The translations under genes were made by a program, and so were the position numbers. The notes below the pieces were generated by a model. The model saw nothing but the letters and a program-made list of their open reading frames with translations, ran no database searches and had not been told where the DNA came from. A DNA stretch of 64,000 nt from positions 62,001-126,000 of the IMG/VR virus record IMGVR_UViG_3300027710_000011. The stretch is one strand, 5' to 3'. Below are positions 1 to 9,889 of this stretch, one piece after another (position 1 is the first letter of the stretch; each line of letters starts with the position of its first letter).

Positions 1-213
1 TCAAGTCGTGATGCAGTCTGACAGTTCTTTCTAAATTATCCAAATTAGCGGGCGGTTCCAGAAACGGTACACCGCTGATAACAGCATAGTTTCGGCTGAA
101 CTTGATCTTGCTCACGTACGAAGCAGCTACCTCATTAAACAAGGCAGCGCTGTTGTTTGGTTTGGTCAAGCGATTCATGATTGCGTCTTTGTCCATTTTC
201 TTTTATCCTTTAT

Positions 214-795
214 TTAGTTGCCGTATACGTTTTGCGGGAAACCAGCGACGTCGTAGTTTGGTTCATCCGGGAGCACATTGAATCGATCAGAGCACACGAG
301 TTGGATCAATTTGACATCAGCTGTCTTAAATCCATAGCGGTCGACAGAGAGGATCACTTCCTCTCTGGTTTTCATCCAGTCCAAGAGTTTGATCTTGATG
401 CGCGAGCGCTGAGGTTCGTCGTCAATAATGACGCAATAATCACGTTCTTCGAGAACCTCATCAAGCAAACGCTGGTAGTTCTCCTGGGTGAATTCAGGGC
501 TATCCAGCATTTTCTGCGACAAGAGATTCATCAGGTTAGCAAGAGTTTTACTCGTGCTACCGGACACAAGGATTTCCGGAATACCGGCCCCAGTGTTACC
601 GATCGTATACAAGTAAGGAAGATTACTATCATCGCCATTAACGCCCTGAATAGCACGGCCCTGCTTAGAGATGATTTTCATCATTGATTGCTTGTAGGCT
701 TTTATTTTCTGTGCAAACTTCTTCAAGACAAATTGCGCGCGCGCGACCACGATGTGCTTGCGTGCACGGACTTTATTTGTTTTGACAATGCTCAT
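214..795 (-). CDS. DUF4262-like hypothetical protein
   Basis: 193-aa ORF; YLYTIGNTGAGIPEILVSG resembles the YTvGl..g.PEli.G motif of DUF4262. Confidence 0.6.
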   Translation of the reverse strand: MSIVKTNKVRARKHIVVARAQFVLKKFAQKIKAYKQSMMKIISKQGRAIQGVNGDDSNLPYLYTIGNTGAGIPEILVSGSTSKTLANLMNLLSQKMLDSPEFTQENYQRLLDEVLEERDYCVIIDDEPQRSRIKIKLLDWMKTREEVILSVDRYGFKTADVKLIQLVCSDRFNVLPDEPNYDVAGFPQNVYGN

Positions 796-834
796 TTCTT
801 TTTATCCTATCTAAGTTGGTTGTTAGGTCAAGCA

Positions 835-843
835 GTGATATGT
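835..843 (-). promoter_or_regulatory. Recurrent phage promoter-like motif ACATATCAC (copy 1 of 5)
   Basis: GTGATATGT occurs on + at 835, 22806, 34655, 49117 and 59166, always intergenic and upstream of a minus-strand gene. Confidence 0.6.
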
Positions 844-864
844 AATTAAAAAAGAATAGACTGC

Positions 865-896
865 ATAAAGGGAGAGGCAAACGCCTCTCCCTTTAT
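865..896. terminator. Bidirectional intrinsic terminator hairpin
   Basis: ATAAAGGGAGAGG-caaacg-CCTCTCCCTTTAT inverted repeat. Confidence 0.8.
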
Positions 897-1318
897 TAAC
901 TCTGTTGCAGACCGATGGTTTTATAGAGTTCTTGTGCCTCCGTAACCGTCAGGTCAAGGAACTCCTGATTAGGAATGGGAGCAAGAAAAGTGTTGTACTC
1001 CCACGAGCCGTTGGCATAATTATTGTTGTAACACACCGAACCAATCAGCTTGTCTTCGCTGAGATACTTGTAAACGGTCACGAACTTGACCAAAGCGGCC
1101 TCAGGATTGACCGTCAAGGCATGTTGCATAACCGCGACCACACCCAGAAGCATGCCGACAGTAGGCGCCGTCAACACGGTGAACAAGCCTTCTGCGTACA
1201 CCAGCTTTGCGCACGTAATCGCTTCGCCCGGAGACTCAAAGCTGCCGATGCGAGTCAGCATGTATTTGTCTTGAATTTTGTTCAAAACGAAGTACTCGCG
1301 GAGATTGTTGGGTTTCAT
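896..1318 (-). CDS. Hypothetical protein
   Basis: ORF in the gene array; start set at MKPNN to avoid overlap with the upstream gene. Confidence 0.7.
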   Translation of the reverse strand: MKPNNLREYFVLNKIQDKYMLTRIGSFESPGEAITCAKLVYAEGLFTVLTAPTVGMLLGVVAVMQHALTVNPEAALVKFVTVYKYLSEDKLIGSVCYNNNYANGSWEYNTFLAPIPNQEFLDLTVTEAQELYKTIGLQQS

Positions 1319-1370
1319 AGTTTTCCTTTTTGACGACATAAAGGAGGAGGCGAAATGCCTCCTTGTGGGG

Positions 1371-2024
1371 TTACGTGTAGAAGATGTGTCCACCAAGCCG
1401 ATAGCGAGCTGCGTAGCGCTTCAGAAATGGCTTTTCATGGACACCGTGGAAGTAGACGCTGCGGCCGACTGGATTGGGCTCGAGCTTGAGTAGGACCCGA
1501 CGTGCGATATCTCGAACATCGTCGAATTCCTTGGAAGGTTTGATAACGTCACTCCTCCCGTCGCAGTACCAGCCGAATTGGCATTGGTTCTTTACTGCTT
1601 TCCCGTTGATATGTTTTCCCTGGCGAACAACACCGCACACGGTGTCAGGGAATCGCTTGTCAGCTGCGCGATTGGTTACCACGTAACCTACAGCAGCCAG
1701 GCCTTTGCGGCCTTCACCCCTTGCTTCGAAATACATCGCTTGCGTTAGGCAGTTGAGACTATTCTCATCAGGCTGTTGCACTGACGGAACTTCGTCTTCC
1801 ACGATGAATGTCGCCGGCCCAAGTATTCGTGGATGGGGCTTGATTTCTTCAGAAACCTGTTTTGTGACAACCGGAGCTTGTTCAGCCAACACGGATTGCA
1901 CTTGACGAGTTTCTATCTCCGCTTGATGCGAAGAGATTGTCGAACAACCGACAAGGATAGCTAACATGAAGAACGTCAGCATAAGGCCTTTGACGGAGCC
2001 GAAGAGTTGATGTAGTTGGTTCAT
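1371..2024 (-). CDS. Cell wall hydrolase, SleB/Hydrolase_2 family, with N-terminal signal and possible lipobox
   Basis: CLTQAMYFEARGE, VVTNR, FPDTVCGVV, CQFGW and GGHIFY motifs; hydrophobic N-terminus ending LVGC. Confidence 0.9.
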   Translation of the reverse strand: MNQLHQLFGSVKGLMLTFFMLAILVGCSTISSHQAEIETRQVQSVLAEQAPVVTKQVSEEIKPHPRILGPATFIVEDEVPSVQQPDENSLNCLTQAMYFEARGEGRKGLAAVGYVVTNRAADKRFPDTVCGVVRQGKHINGKAVKNQCQFGWYCDGRSDVIKPSKEFDDVRDIARRVLLKLEPNPVGRSVYFHGVHEKPFLKRYAARYRLGGHIFYT

Positions 2025-2174
2025 AGTGGGTATTAGTTAGTTCCTATTACGCGAGTTTGGCTTTTCGCGTGCATTGGGGCACTGACTGATTCCGAATTGG
2101 ATTGGCGTCCGCATCAGAGGTCAGAGTCATTTTGCATTAACACCTACCTTTCTTGAGTTGCACATAAATAGGAG

Positions 2175-2480
2175 TTAGAACTTCAAAAGTTCGTCACCTA
2201 CGCGCATGAGAGCTTGCGCCGATTGATTTGTTGAGCGGATGCGCGCTTCTTCAATCAGCTTTTGAAGATCATCACTTGATGTATCGCGCCATTCCAGACC
2301 GTTCTCGGTATTCATCAGGACTTGTCCTGGCTTGCCGAGCGCAGGTTGGTCCGCGGATTCATCGGCAGGGACGACAGTGCTTGTCATTCCACGACCGGGC
2401 TTAGGCAGTACAGCTTGACCAATTGCTGGTGCAGTAATCGCTGTCAGCAGACTACCCAGGAAATTACGACGTTTATTCAT
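2175..2480 (-). CDS. Small protein with twin-arginine (Tat)-like signal peptide
   Basis: N-terminus MNKRRNFLGSLLTAITAPAIGQA. Confidence 0.6.
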   Translation of the reverse strand: MNKRRNFLGSLLTAITAPAIGQAVLPKPGRGMTSTVVPADESADQPALGKPGQVLMNTENGLEWRDTSSDDLQKLIEEARIRSTNQSAQALMRVGDELLKF

Positions 2481-2755
2481 GACGATTCTCCTTTATCTGT
2501 TGGCGGATATTTCTTCCAGGCATCCATTGCAATTTCACGAAGCTTCATTGCGGCTTTGTGAACAGACGGCATATCGAAAGCCGATGGATTAACGGTGCTA
2601 GAAAACCCTTCGCGTACCGGATAGATACCGTCGCTGGTACCAGTCACCGGGCGAGGTATGCCCGTCATGTCTTCACGAGTTACCGTGATGCTTTTGTTTC
2701 TGATGCCGCCTTCCGCGGTCAGCTTGCCTTTCAAGCCTTCCCAATCAAATTCCAT
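2477..2755 (-). CDS. Hypothetical protein
   Basis: ORF with 4-nt stop/start overlap with the next gene. Confidence 0.65.
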   Translation of the reverse strand: MEFDWEGLKGKLTAEGGIRNKSITVTREDMTGIPRPVTGTSDGIYPVREGFSSTVNPSAFDMPSVHKAAMKLREIAMDAWKKYPPTDKGESS

Positions 2756-2828
2756 CTGACACCCCTTGTCAAGTATACGATAAGTTGTTGTGTAAAAAAT
2801 AAAAGGAGGGATTGCTCCCTCCTTTTAT

Positions 2829-3335
2829 TCAGTCAACCCGGCGCGAGTTGATCGCAAGTTCTTGCCAATTGTCACGAACACCAATCTGATATCCCGATGG
2901 GTAAGACATCGTTTTGTTGCGTTCCTCAGCCATCAAAACACTACGCGCATTGAGTAGTGCTTCGATGTAATCGTGACGCTGTGTGGTAGTCAGCGCGACT
3001 TCACGAGGATCTTTCATCCATGACAACTCGATAGGAAAATCATCGATCTTGACAAAGTCACGGTCGTAAATGCTGATCCAGCCAGTGACCGTGCACACCG
3101 TCATTTGCGGCATTGCAAAGCGTGGACGAGCGTACTGTGGTGTAGACGCCGACTCATACATCTTGTCCAACCTAGCTCCGCTCGCATCGATCATTCTCAA
3201 CACCGCCTTCACAGCCACATCAGCGGCACGGTTGGCGTGGTTGAACTTCGCGTTCTGCAGCGAGTTATGCACAGCGTTCTTGCAGGCTGAGACAAAGCCC
3301 CACCAGTCTTTCGACGTATCGATTTTTTCAGTCAT
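2829..3335 (-). CDS. Hypothetical protein
   Basis: ORF; start set at MTEKID, overlapping the upstream stop. Confidence 0.7.
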   Translation of the reverse strand: MTEKIDTSKDWWGFVSACKNAVHNSLQNAKFNHANRAADVAVKAVLRMIDASGARLDKMYESASTPQYARPRFAMPQMTVCTVTGWISIYDRDFVKIDDFPIELSWMKDPREVALTTTQRHDYIEALLNARSVLMAEERNKTMSYPSGYQIGVRDNWQELAINSRRVD

Positions 3336-3639
3336 CAGTATCCTCGAATGTTTGTTGCACACCGATGTGAACGTGCGAAACTTCGCCGTTTGTATCGTTG
3401 AAGATAAATTCCGACGTATAACCAGCCGTGACAATAACGCTATGTCTTTGGCCGCGTTCAGTCTCACTGATCATCACCACGTAAGTGCCGACGCGTTTAC
3501 CTTCTTCTGTTTCATGAAGAACATCAAATCCGATGTCCATCGATTGCAGGACGCCGATGTAGGCCGTCAGCTTCGATCCCGGTAAGACCTCTGCAAGAGC
3601 AGCGATCTGACTGGCTTCAAGTTTCTTTGTTTTCAGCAT
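3328..3639 (-). CDS. Hypothetical protein
   Basis: ORF in a tightly packed operon. Confidence 0.7.
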   Translation of the reverse strand: MLKTKKLEASQIAALAEVLPGSKLTAYIGVLQSMDIGFDVLHETEEGKRVGTYVVMISETERGQRHSVIVTAGYTSEFIFNDTNGEVSHVHIGVQQTFEDTDD

Positions 3640-4054
3640 AGAACGTATCCTCCGTAGACAGACCGAACTTCACCAGGTGAGCGCCGAGGTTGGTGCCGAA
3701 TTCTTCTCGCAGCTTGTTGCCAGCCGCAAGACTGTCTTTGTCATCAAAGAACTCGTGCAAACTACCGGCAAAATCCTCTTCTTCATCTGTGATGCGGAAG
3801 TCCACCGCGCCTTCGATGTTGATGTCCAGCATATCGTCGAGTCTAGGCATCATTGCCGCCATTGGAACGCCGACTTCAGCATTTCCATCATCGATGAGAA
3901 ACAGTACGCTGCGAACAGCCAAACGTACACGTTCCTCAGGCGACAAGTCTTCGCGGCTTGCACACTGCGTTGCGATTTCGTCGCAAGCAGCAGCAAACAT
4001 CAGAGCAGTTTCTTCAGCTGTGTAGAACAACTGCTGTTTGCTGTTTTCATTCAT
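3617..4054 (-). CDS. Hypothetical phage protein
   Basis: Acidic 145-aa ORF coupled to the AAA ATPase stop. Confidence 0.75.
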   Translation of the reverse strand: MNENSKQQLFYTAEETALMFAAACDEIATQCASREDLSPEERVRLAVRSVLFLIDDGNAEVGVPMAAMMPRLDDMLDINIEGAVDFRITDEEEDFAGSLHEFFDDKDSLAAGNKLREEFGTNLGAHLVKFGLSTEDTFYAENKET

Positions 4055-5403
4055 TACCTACGCGCTCCTGATTTGGTATTAAACATCACTTTTCGATCAT
4101 GGCCGAAAGGATAAGCGTCCATTGGATAATTCGCCGGATACACGTGAACTGGCGAATTATCACCTTGTTGTGCCCGTTGACGTTCCATTCGAATCTTACC
4201 TTCTTCGTCAGCAGCCTTATCGAATGGATCAGAGTCGACACTTTCATCGAACTTCTTACCCATTTCCTGCAGCTTACCGACGCGACCCGTTGATTGCCGC
4301 ATTGTCAACTCATAGGTGACGTCGTCTTTGACATACGTGTAAGAACGCATATCTTCAGACATTTTTGTGATCTCATCCTCAAACAAGGTAACCGCCGTCG
4401 TTACTTCTTTGACTTCCGGGTCCTCGCTACAGAAGAAGATCTTGACAACAGTACCAACGTCCGTGACACGCTCGGTCGCGGTTTTGTTCTCCACGCGGCC
4501 GTCAGGATAAGTGATCTTTGCGTGATAAAGAACCGTACCACGTAGTTTAGTGGCGCCGCCAAACATCAAGTCCATAGCACCCATTACGGTCAAGCCTGGT
4601 GTGTGGTTCATTTCGTCCACCATGGCCGCCATCATGTCGAAGTTCAAAGAGTCGTACAGAACAGATAGCTTTGCAAAATGCATCACTGTCTTTTCTTCTT
4701 TGCTCTTGATGTTGTCGCGAACATAACCAACCAAGACATCGAGGGGCAGCAACGAGTAGTACTTCGTGTAGCGAATCCGGCTCGGACGATCGAACAAGTA
4801 TTGAGAGATGCGATCGCTGTCGTTGCCAGCAATCACGATCAACTTCTTACCGCCGCCCACGCTGCCGTCAAAGATGCTGAGCAAGCGATCTTGCGCGGAA
4901 GTGTCGTTGTTACCACTGTTCTCGATTTGCTTGGAGTACTGCTTGTCGAACTCTTCGAACACGAACATCACGTCCTGCGTCAAGGAACGCACCACCATCT
5001 CCAACATCCCGGCCGGGTATTGCTGGCTGCAGTAGATCACAGGCATGTCCATCATGGTGGCTGTGCGTGCCATAGCCATGATAGTGGTGGTCTTGCCAGA
5101 GCCCTTCTGGCCAACCAGCATCACGCCCATGTTGCCTTTCAGGCGCTCGAACGTACGGAAGTAATGATCGACGTCCTTGAGGACATCACCATACAACTTC
5201 TCCGGCGGTTGCACGAAGGGGATCGGTTCCAGCACAGCGCCTTTTTCTGGATCAAAAGTCAGCTCGTAAGGAACAGCGCGCAACTGTTGCACGGCTTTGC
5301 CCGGAACAGCGCGGGTTGGAACAATGTTGCCATTGTCCATCTCACGAAAGATATACGTAACTGGCTGCGCTTGGTTAGAGCCGGCTTTGTTCGTCTGAGT
5401 CAT
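4054..5403 (-). CDS. AAA+ ATPase
   Basis: Walker A GQKGSGKT, Walker B FVFEEFD, sensor/Arg-finger region FDRPSRI. Confidence 0.85.
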   Translation of the reverse strand: MTQTNKAGSNQAQPVTYIFREMDNGNIVPTRAVPGKAVQQLRAVPYELTFDPEKGAVLEPIPFVQPPEKLYGDVLKDVDHYFRTFERLKGNMGVMLVGQKGSGKTTTIMAMARTATMMDMPVIYCSQQYPAGMLEMVVRSLTQDVMFVFEEFDKQYSKQIENSGNNDTSAQDRLLSIFDGSVGGGKKLIVIAGNDSDRISQYLFDRPSRIRYTKYYSLLPLDVLVGYVRDNIKSKEEKTVMHFAKLSVLYDSLNFDMMAAMVDEMNHTPGLTVMGAMDLMFGGATKLRGTVLYHAKITYPDGRVENKTATERVTDVGTVVKIFFCSEDPEVKEVTTAVTLFEDEITKMSEDMRSYTYVKDDVTYELTMRQSTGRVGKLQEMGKKFDESVDSDPFDKAADEEGKIRMERQRAQQGDNSPVHVYPANYPMDAYPFGHDRKVMFNTKSGARR

Positions 5404-5514
5404 CTTGTTTCCCTTTTGGTTGTGGAATAGGTCTAGTGAGAAAATGTGGTGGTTCAGCCACATGTAGAAATTCAAAAGCAGACAGAATCGAAACCCTGTC
5501 TGCCGGTTTATTGC

Positions 5515-5910
5515 TTAGTGCTGAGTGGGTTTCTCGGCCAGCAAAGCCGTTGCATCACCCTTGGCGGATTGAGCCAGGAGAGACATCATGTTCAGCATCG
5601 CAGGGACTTCACTGACATCAGTGATATCCAGCAAACGATGCTCGCTCGAGCGAGAAGCGCGCAGTGCCAAACGCACGCCGAGATAGACGCCGTCTTTGGT
5701 GAAAGCGCGCAGCGTGAAGCGGCGGCCGTCTTGAGTGCGGAACTCGTGAACATTGTTACCTTGCGACCACTCGGCAAAGCCGATCAAAGGCAATGCGTTG
5801 CGCATTGCGGAAATGAAAGGCAGGATGGCTTGCGCATGGTGCTCTGCATTACGGACAGAGCCCTTGATGCCGAGACTGGTTTTACGCAGCAAAGAGACAT
5901 GGGTTTTCAT
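5515..5910 (-). CDS. Hypothetical protein
   Basis: 131-aa ORF with RBS-like AAGGAA upstream. Confidence 0.7.
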   Translation of the reverse strand: MKTHVSLLRKTSLGIKGSVRNAEHHAQAILPFISAMRNALPLIGFAEWSQGNNVHEFRTQDGRRFTLRAFTKDGVYLGVRLALRASRSSEHRLLDITDVSEVPAMLNMMSLLAQSAKGDATALLAEKPTQH

Positions 5911-6079
5911 GATTTCGGTTCCTTATTGAACACAAAGTTGAGTTAAAGAAAAAGTCGGACTACGTGCGACAAACGTCTACACTGATCCTAAGAGACTCGG
6001 ACGCATCCGAGCTTGAACACCTCTCTATAAGGTTTTTGACGTTCAAGATTCGAGTGTTCTGCATTTTACTGCACAACGA

Positions 6080-6379
6080 TTACCAATGTTTCCGGAGTTC
6101 CCGAGTCACCTTCTTGATTTCTCGATAAAGGTGCCGGAGCATCATGTAAATGATCAGACAGATGAAGTACACCGGAATGAGGATGTTCGCTATTGGAATG
6201 GTGCTGAAGATCAGCACAAGTCCAGCGTTCTTGAGGCGCTTGCGTCTTTCAACATGTGTTTCGCCGTCAGGACGTTTCTTGATCTCCCAGCGAACTTGCA
6301 TGAAGACGAGCAAGAAGATGGCGACGTAAATGAACGCCATCGACAGCAAGCCGGTTGTGAATAATGCCTTGGGTGTCAT
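6080..6379 (-). CDS. Small membrane protein (2 TM)
   Basis: Two hydrophobic segments; IPIANILIP motif shared with 52662..53090. Confidence 0.7.
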   Translation of the reverse strand: MTPKALFTTGLLSMAFIYVAIFLLVFMQVRWEIKKRPDGETHVERRKRLKNAGLVLIFSTIPIANILIPVYFICLIIYMMLRHLYREIKKVTRELRKHW

Positions 6380-6822
6380 GAATGTTTCCTTCGCTTTTCA
6401 GCGATGGCTCCGTGAAGGTTGTGCGCGTTCATCTGCACAACTGCTTGGACGTATTGTTCTACCAGCCGATTGATGCTTTCGAGAAGTGTCTCAATTGCAT
6501 CTTCAGCCACGACATCGTCAAGTGATTTGAAGATGTAGTTCAGAACCACGAAGTTGCCAGCAACTGCGCGAGGCGTCGCTTGTCCTGTTTGCAAACTTGA
6601 GGCTTGCGCGAACATATTCAGTGCGCACATCAGGAACTTGTGATACTGGGGATCACAGCGATCGCAAACACGCACAACCATACTCGCAACAATGGTCACC
6701 ATGTCTCTAGTTTTCTTAGGCCAGCAACCACGATACGTTTGATCGTAGAGGATCTGGTTCAGATTGAGAGAGACAGTTTGACTAAACGGCGTCAAGCACG
6801 GATAAACAGAGATGGTGCTCAT
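6376..6822 (-). CDS. Hypothetical protein
   Basis: ORF with 4-nt overlaps at both ends. Confidence 0.7.
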   Translation of the reverse strand: MSTISVYPCLTPFSQTVSLNLNQILYDQTYRGCWPKKTRDMVTIVASMVVRVCDRCDPQYHKFLMCALNMFAQASSLQTGQATPRAVAGNFVVLNYIFKSLDDVVAEDAIETLLESINRLVEQYVQAVVQMNAHNLHGAIAEKRRKHS

Positions 6823-7364
6823 AACAGCCGAATGACGTCAACGTTCGTCAGATGTGTATTGCTGCCCTTGAAGAACGCGTTGTAGAACTTGCATTCTTCT
6901 TGGTAAGTCATCGGCACTTCACCGTAGCTGTCGAACACCAGAGTGCCCAACTTCTTGTCCAGCTGTTCTTCTTCTTTGAACTTGACAAAGGCCGGTTCAT
7001 CGATGTTGTTCAGCAAACAGAAGTGTTGCTTGTGTGACGGATATGCGTCATCGAGCATCACAAGCACATGAGGCTCACGAACAACAATGATAGTGTTGTT
7101 GATGATGGCGTCGTGAGCTTTGTCCAACAGCCAACGACCACGCACGCCGCTTGGCAGCGCAATTACGGGAGTCGTTTGATACAGCTGCGCCAGGCTCAAT
7201 GCTGATTCCTTCCCGCCAGTGATCAGGTTGGACGGATGAGCGTAGTCGTAGATGCCGGTGTATTCTTTCAAGCGCATGCGCGTTTGATCAACCAAACGGT
7301 CGATATAGACGCTGGTCATCGCGTTTTTGATACGCTCGAGTTCCTGATGAGTTTTTTCAGTCAT
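6819..7364 (-). CDS. Hypothetical protein
   Basis: 181-aa ORF in the operon. Confidence 0.7.
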   Translation of the reverse strand: MTEKTHQELERIKNAMTSVYIDRLVDQTRMRLKEYTGIYDYAHPSNLITGGKESALSLAQLYQTTPVIALPSGVRGRWLLDKAHDAIINNTIIVVREPHVLVMLDDAYPSHKQHFCLLNNIDEPAFVKFKEEEQLDKKLGTLVFDSYGEVPMTYQEECKFYNAFFKGSNTHLTNVDVIRLL

Positions 7365-7369
7365 TTCGC

Positions 7370-8071
7370 TTATCCTTTAATTTGCTTGGTGTAGTTAATG
7401 TCGTGAACCTTGCGCATCAAACGAACGATGTCAAGCTTCGCTTTATGATTCTCCGCGATGTTGCTGGGAAATTCAGTTCTCTCAAACATACCCAAGGTTG
7501 CCAGCATGAACTGACCTTGAGAATAGTTTTTGAATTCGTTACCGGCTCGTCCGCGAATGTCGCAAAGACACGCGTTGATAAAGCTCATTGCGAGGCCGGC
7601 GTCGTCCAGCAGACGGGCATCTCGGATGAAGCTAAGGATGCGTGATGAACGCATCGAAAAGATCGAGTGCAACCTGATGTGTTGTTCACACATCAGCAAA
7701 GCCAATTCTCGGTCCATCCCTTCAATACCCAGGCGATCACAAACTGCTTTCACCAGAGGAATGCCGGTGCGCTCATGATCGTGGTGGCGAGGCAATATTT
7801 CAGCAGGCGTGATACCTTTGCCTAGATCATGCACGAGAACAGCAAATCGCTCCGAAGCAGTCAGCTTTAGGCGACGAGATTGTTCCATGCACAGTTCCAT
7901 GTGGATACCGACATCGATCTCAGGATGGTGTTCAGGACGCTGAGGAACGCCGTAGAGCGCATCAACTTCAGGTAAGTAGGACTTGAGCAGTCCGCTTGCG
8001 CGCTGATCTTGCAGCTCTTGTGCAGGGTTTTCACTTTTCAAGAGCTTCAGGAGATGTTCGTTGGTTGTCAT
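7370..8071 (-). CDS. Stand-alone HD phosphohydrolase homologous to the C-terminal domain of CCA-adding enzyme
   Basis: LPEVDALYGVPQ..HHPEIDVGIH and FAVLVHDLGKGITP..PRHHDH match the Cca HD domain; no DxD nucleotidyltransferase head. Confidence 0.85.
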   Translation of the reverse strand: MTTNEHLLKLLKSENPAQELQDQRASGLLKSYLPEVDALYGVPQRPEHHPEIDVGIHMELCMEQSRRLKLTASERFAVLVHDLGKGITPAEILPRHHDHERTGIPLVKAVCDRLGIEGMDRELALLMCEQHIRLHSIFSMRSSRILSFIRDARLLDDAGLAMSFINACLCDIRGRAGNEFKNYSQGQFMLATLGMFERTEFPSNIAENHKAKLDIVRLMRKVHDINYTKQIKG

Positions 8072-8122
8072 CTTATCCTCTATTACGTAATAAAGAGCAG
8101 ACCTAGGTCTGCTCTTTTATGT

Positions 8123-8602
8123 TCACCAACCAGACCAGGCTGGCTTGCCGGCGGAATTAAGCACCGTCACTTTTCGATGACGCAACCATTCCTTCATTTC
8201 AATCTTCTCAACTTTCCTGATGTTGCGCTGAATATCGTTCTTGGTTTTGAACTCATCAGCCAAGTTGTTAAAGCGATTGTTCACCGCTTCCCAACCATCT
8301 TCAGGTGCTTTGAAAATCGTGTACAGATACACCACAATGCCGAGCAAGTCTTCTCGTGTAGGCGAGACTGCACCATTCTCGATAACGATGGTGATGTTCT
8401 GGTCACGAGTTTGCACGCGATTGACTTTGAAGCTTTGCTCCAAAGCTGAAGCAAGTCCCATGTCAATCACATCGTCTCGTGACTTTGCAGCGTAGAGATA
8501 GTGATTGGATTCAGTCTGATCCCATTGCACTTCTACCCCAGTATGCTTAAAAGCAGGCTGGAGTACCTCATGCTCATATTTCGAGCTGTGATAAATGAGC
8601 AC
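8123..8602 (-). CDS. Hypothetical protein
   Basis: 159-aa ORF followed by a hairpin. Confidence 0.7.
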   Translation of the reverse strand: MLIYHSSKYEHEVLQPAFKHTGVEVQWDQTESNHYLYAAKSRDDVIDMGLASALEQSFKVNRVQTRDQNITIVIENGAVSPTREDLLGIVVYLYTIFKAPEDGWEAVNNRFNNLADEFKTKNDIQRNIRKVEKIEMKEWLRHRKVTVLNSAGKPAWSGW

Positions 8603-8615
8603 TTGGATCTCCTTG

Positions 8616-9011
8616 CTACATAGCGTAGATGTGCTCGTCTTGAGCTGCTGCCTTCTCGATCACTGACAGCGCGTCCAGATACAGATCAGCCGTGACTTCA
8701 CCGGAGCCGATGTCCATCCCCATCTTCAAGACTTCACGGGAATCCCAGTGTTGCTTGATGAAAGGAATGAATTTGTCAAGCGTCTTAGGCAAGTTCTCTT
8801 GAGCTTGCTGGAACGCTTTGACGCTGTACTCATATTCACGACGTGGTTCGACCAAACCGTACCACGTGTCAGTATCTTCGTGATACTGTTTACCGTACAA
8901 CTCTGGTTTGTCCCATTGCTTGATCAGCCTCAGAACAAACCGTGCCGTGGTTGTCGAGAAGGTGAGAGGATCTTTGACAGAATCCAATCCTGCGTAGAGA
9001 TAGGTACTCAC
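8616..9011 (-). CDS. Hypothetical protein
   Basis: 131-aa ORF adjacent to dcd. Confidence 0.7.
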   Translation of the reverse strand: MSTYLYAGLDSVKDPLTFSTTTARFVLRLIKQWDKPELYGKQYHEDTDTWYGLVEPRREYEYSVKAFQQAQENLPKTLDKFIPFIKQHWDSREVLKMGMDIGSGEVTADLYLDALSVIEKAAAQDEHIYAM

Positions 9012-9012
9012 G

Positions 9013-9876
9013 TCAGACCTTCCCCAAGGTCAAGCCCGTCTGGCCTTGGTATTTGCCCTTGCGATCAGCGTAGCTGGTCTTGCAGTCCTTGTTGCCGCGG
9101 AAGAAGATGAACTGAGCAATGCCTTCGTTCACGTAGACCTTCATCGGCAGGGACGTCGAGTTGGAGATCTCGATCACCACGTTGCCGTGGAAACCAGGTT
9201 CGATTGGTGTCACGTTGACAATGGCGCCAGCGCGAGCGTAGGTCGACTTGCCCACACAGATCACCATGACGTTGCGAGGGATCTTGAAGTACTCGGGCGT
9301 CACGCCGAGTACATAGCTGTTCGGAGGCAAGATGACGTACTCGCAGCCTTGCGCATCCGTGTGCACCTTGGCATCCACCAGGCAATCTTCACCACCGTTC
9401 TTGGGATCGATGATGCCGCCGTTGGCGTTGGTGAACAGACGGAACTTGTCGCTGACGCGCACGTCGTAGCCGAACGACGACAGACCGTAGCTGAGTACTT
9501 TGGCACCCTCGGATGTTTCGCGAATGCACTCGGTCTTGAAGTCCGAGATCATCGGCTCAAAGCGATTCTTGATCTGCTCGGTGACCGGCAGAGTGTAGAG
9601 TTGCTTCAAGCGCTCAGATTCAGCGTTGATGGCGTCAACAGCGTGCTGAGCCATCGGCCACGTGTTCAGGTTCGGATTGTTCGACCGGAAAGCCTGCAGA
9701 GCTGCGTCGTGACCTGCTTCGTCGTAGTACGTTTCGGGCAGAACGCACAGCTCTTGAATTTCAGTATCCGACAAGATGCCGGACGATGCGCCGATCATGA
9801 TTCCCATGGCGTGCTTGAGCTGATCTTCGCTCAGAACAGCAGCCAGGTCATTGGGGCGAGGAGATTGAATCTTCAT
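9013..9876 (-). CDS. dcd: dCTP deaminase
   Basis: [40 protein letters not shown] and [13 protein letters not shown] motifs. Confidence 0.93.
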   Translation of the reverse strand: MKIQSPRPNDLAAVLSEDQLKHAMGIMIGASSGILSDTEIQELCVLPETYYDEAGHDAALQAFRSNNPNLNTWPMAQHAVDAINAESERLKQLYTLPVTEQIKNRFEPMISDFKTECIRETSEGAKVLSYGLSSFGYDVRVSDKFRLFTNANGGIIDPKNGGEDCLVDAKVHTDAQGCEYVILPPNSYVLGVTPEYFKIPRNVMVICVGKSTYARAGAIVNVTPIEPGFHGNVVIEISNSTSLPMKVYVNEGIAQFIFFRGNKDCKTSYADRKGKYQGQTGLTLGKV

Positions 9877-9889
9877 GGTTTTGGTTCTC

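Noticed and set aside
7370-8071. Full CCA-adding enzyme
   Set aside because: Only 233 aa, with no N-terminal GGxVRD/DxD polymerase domain.
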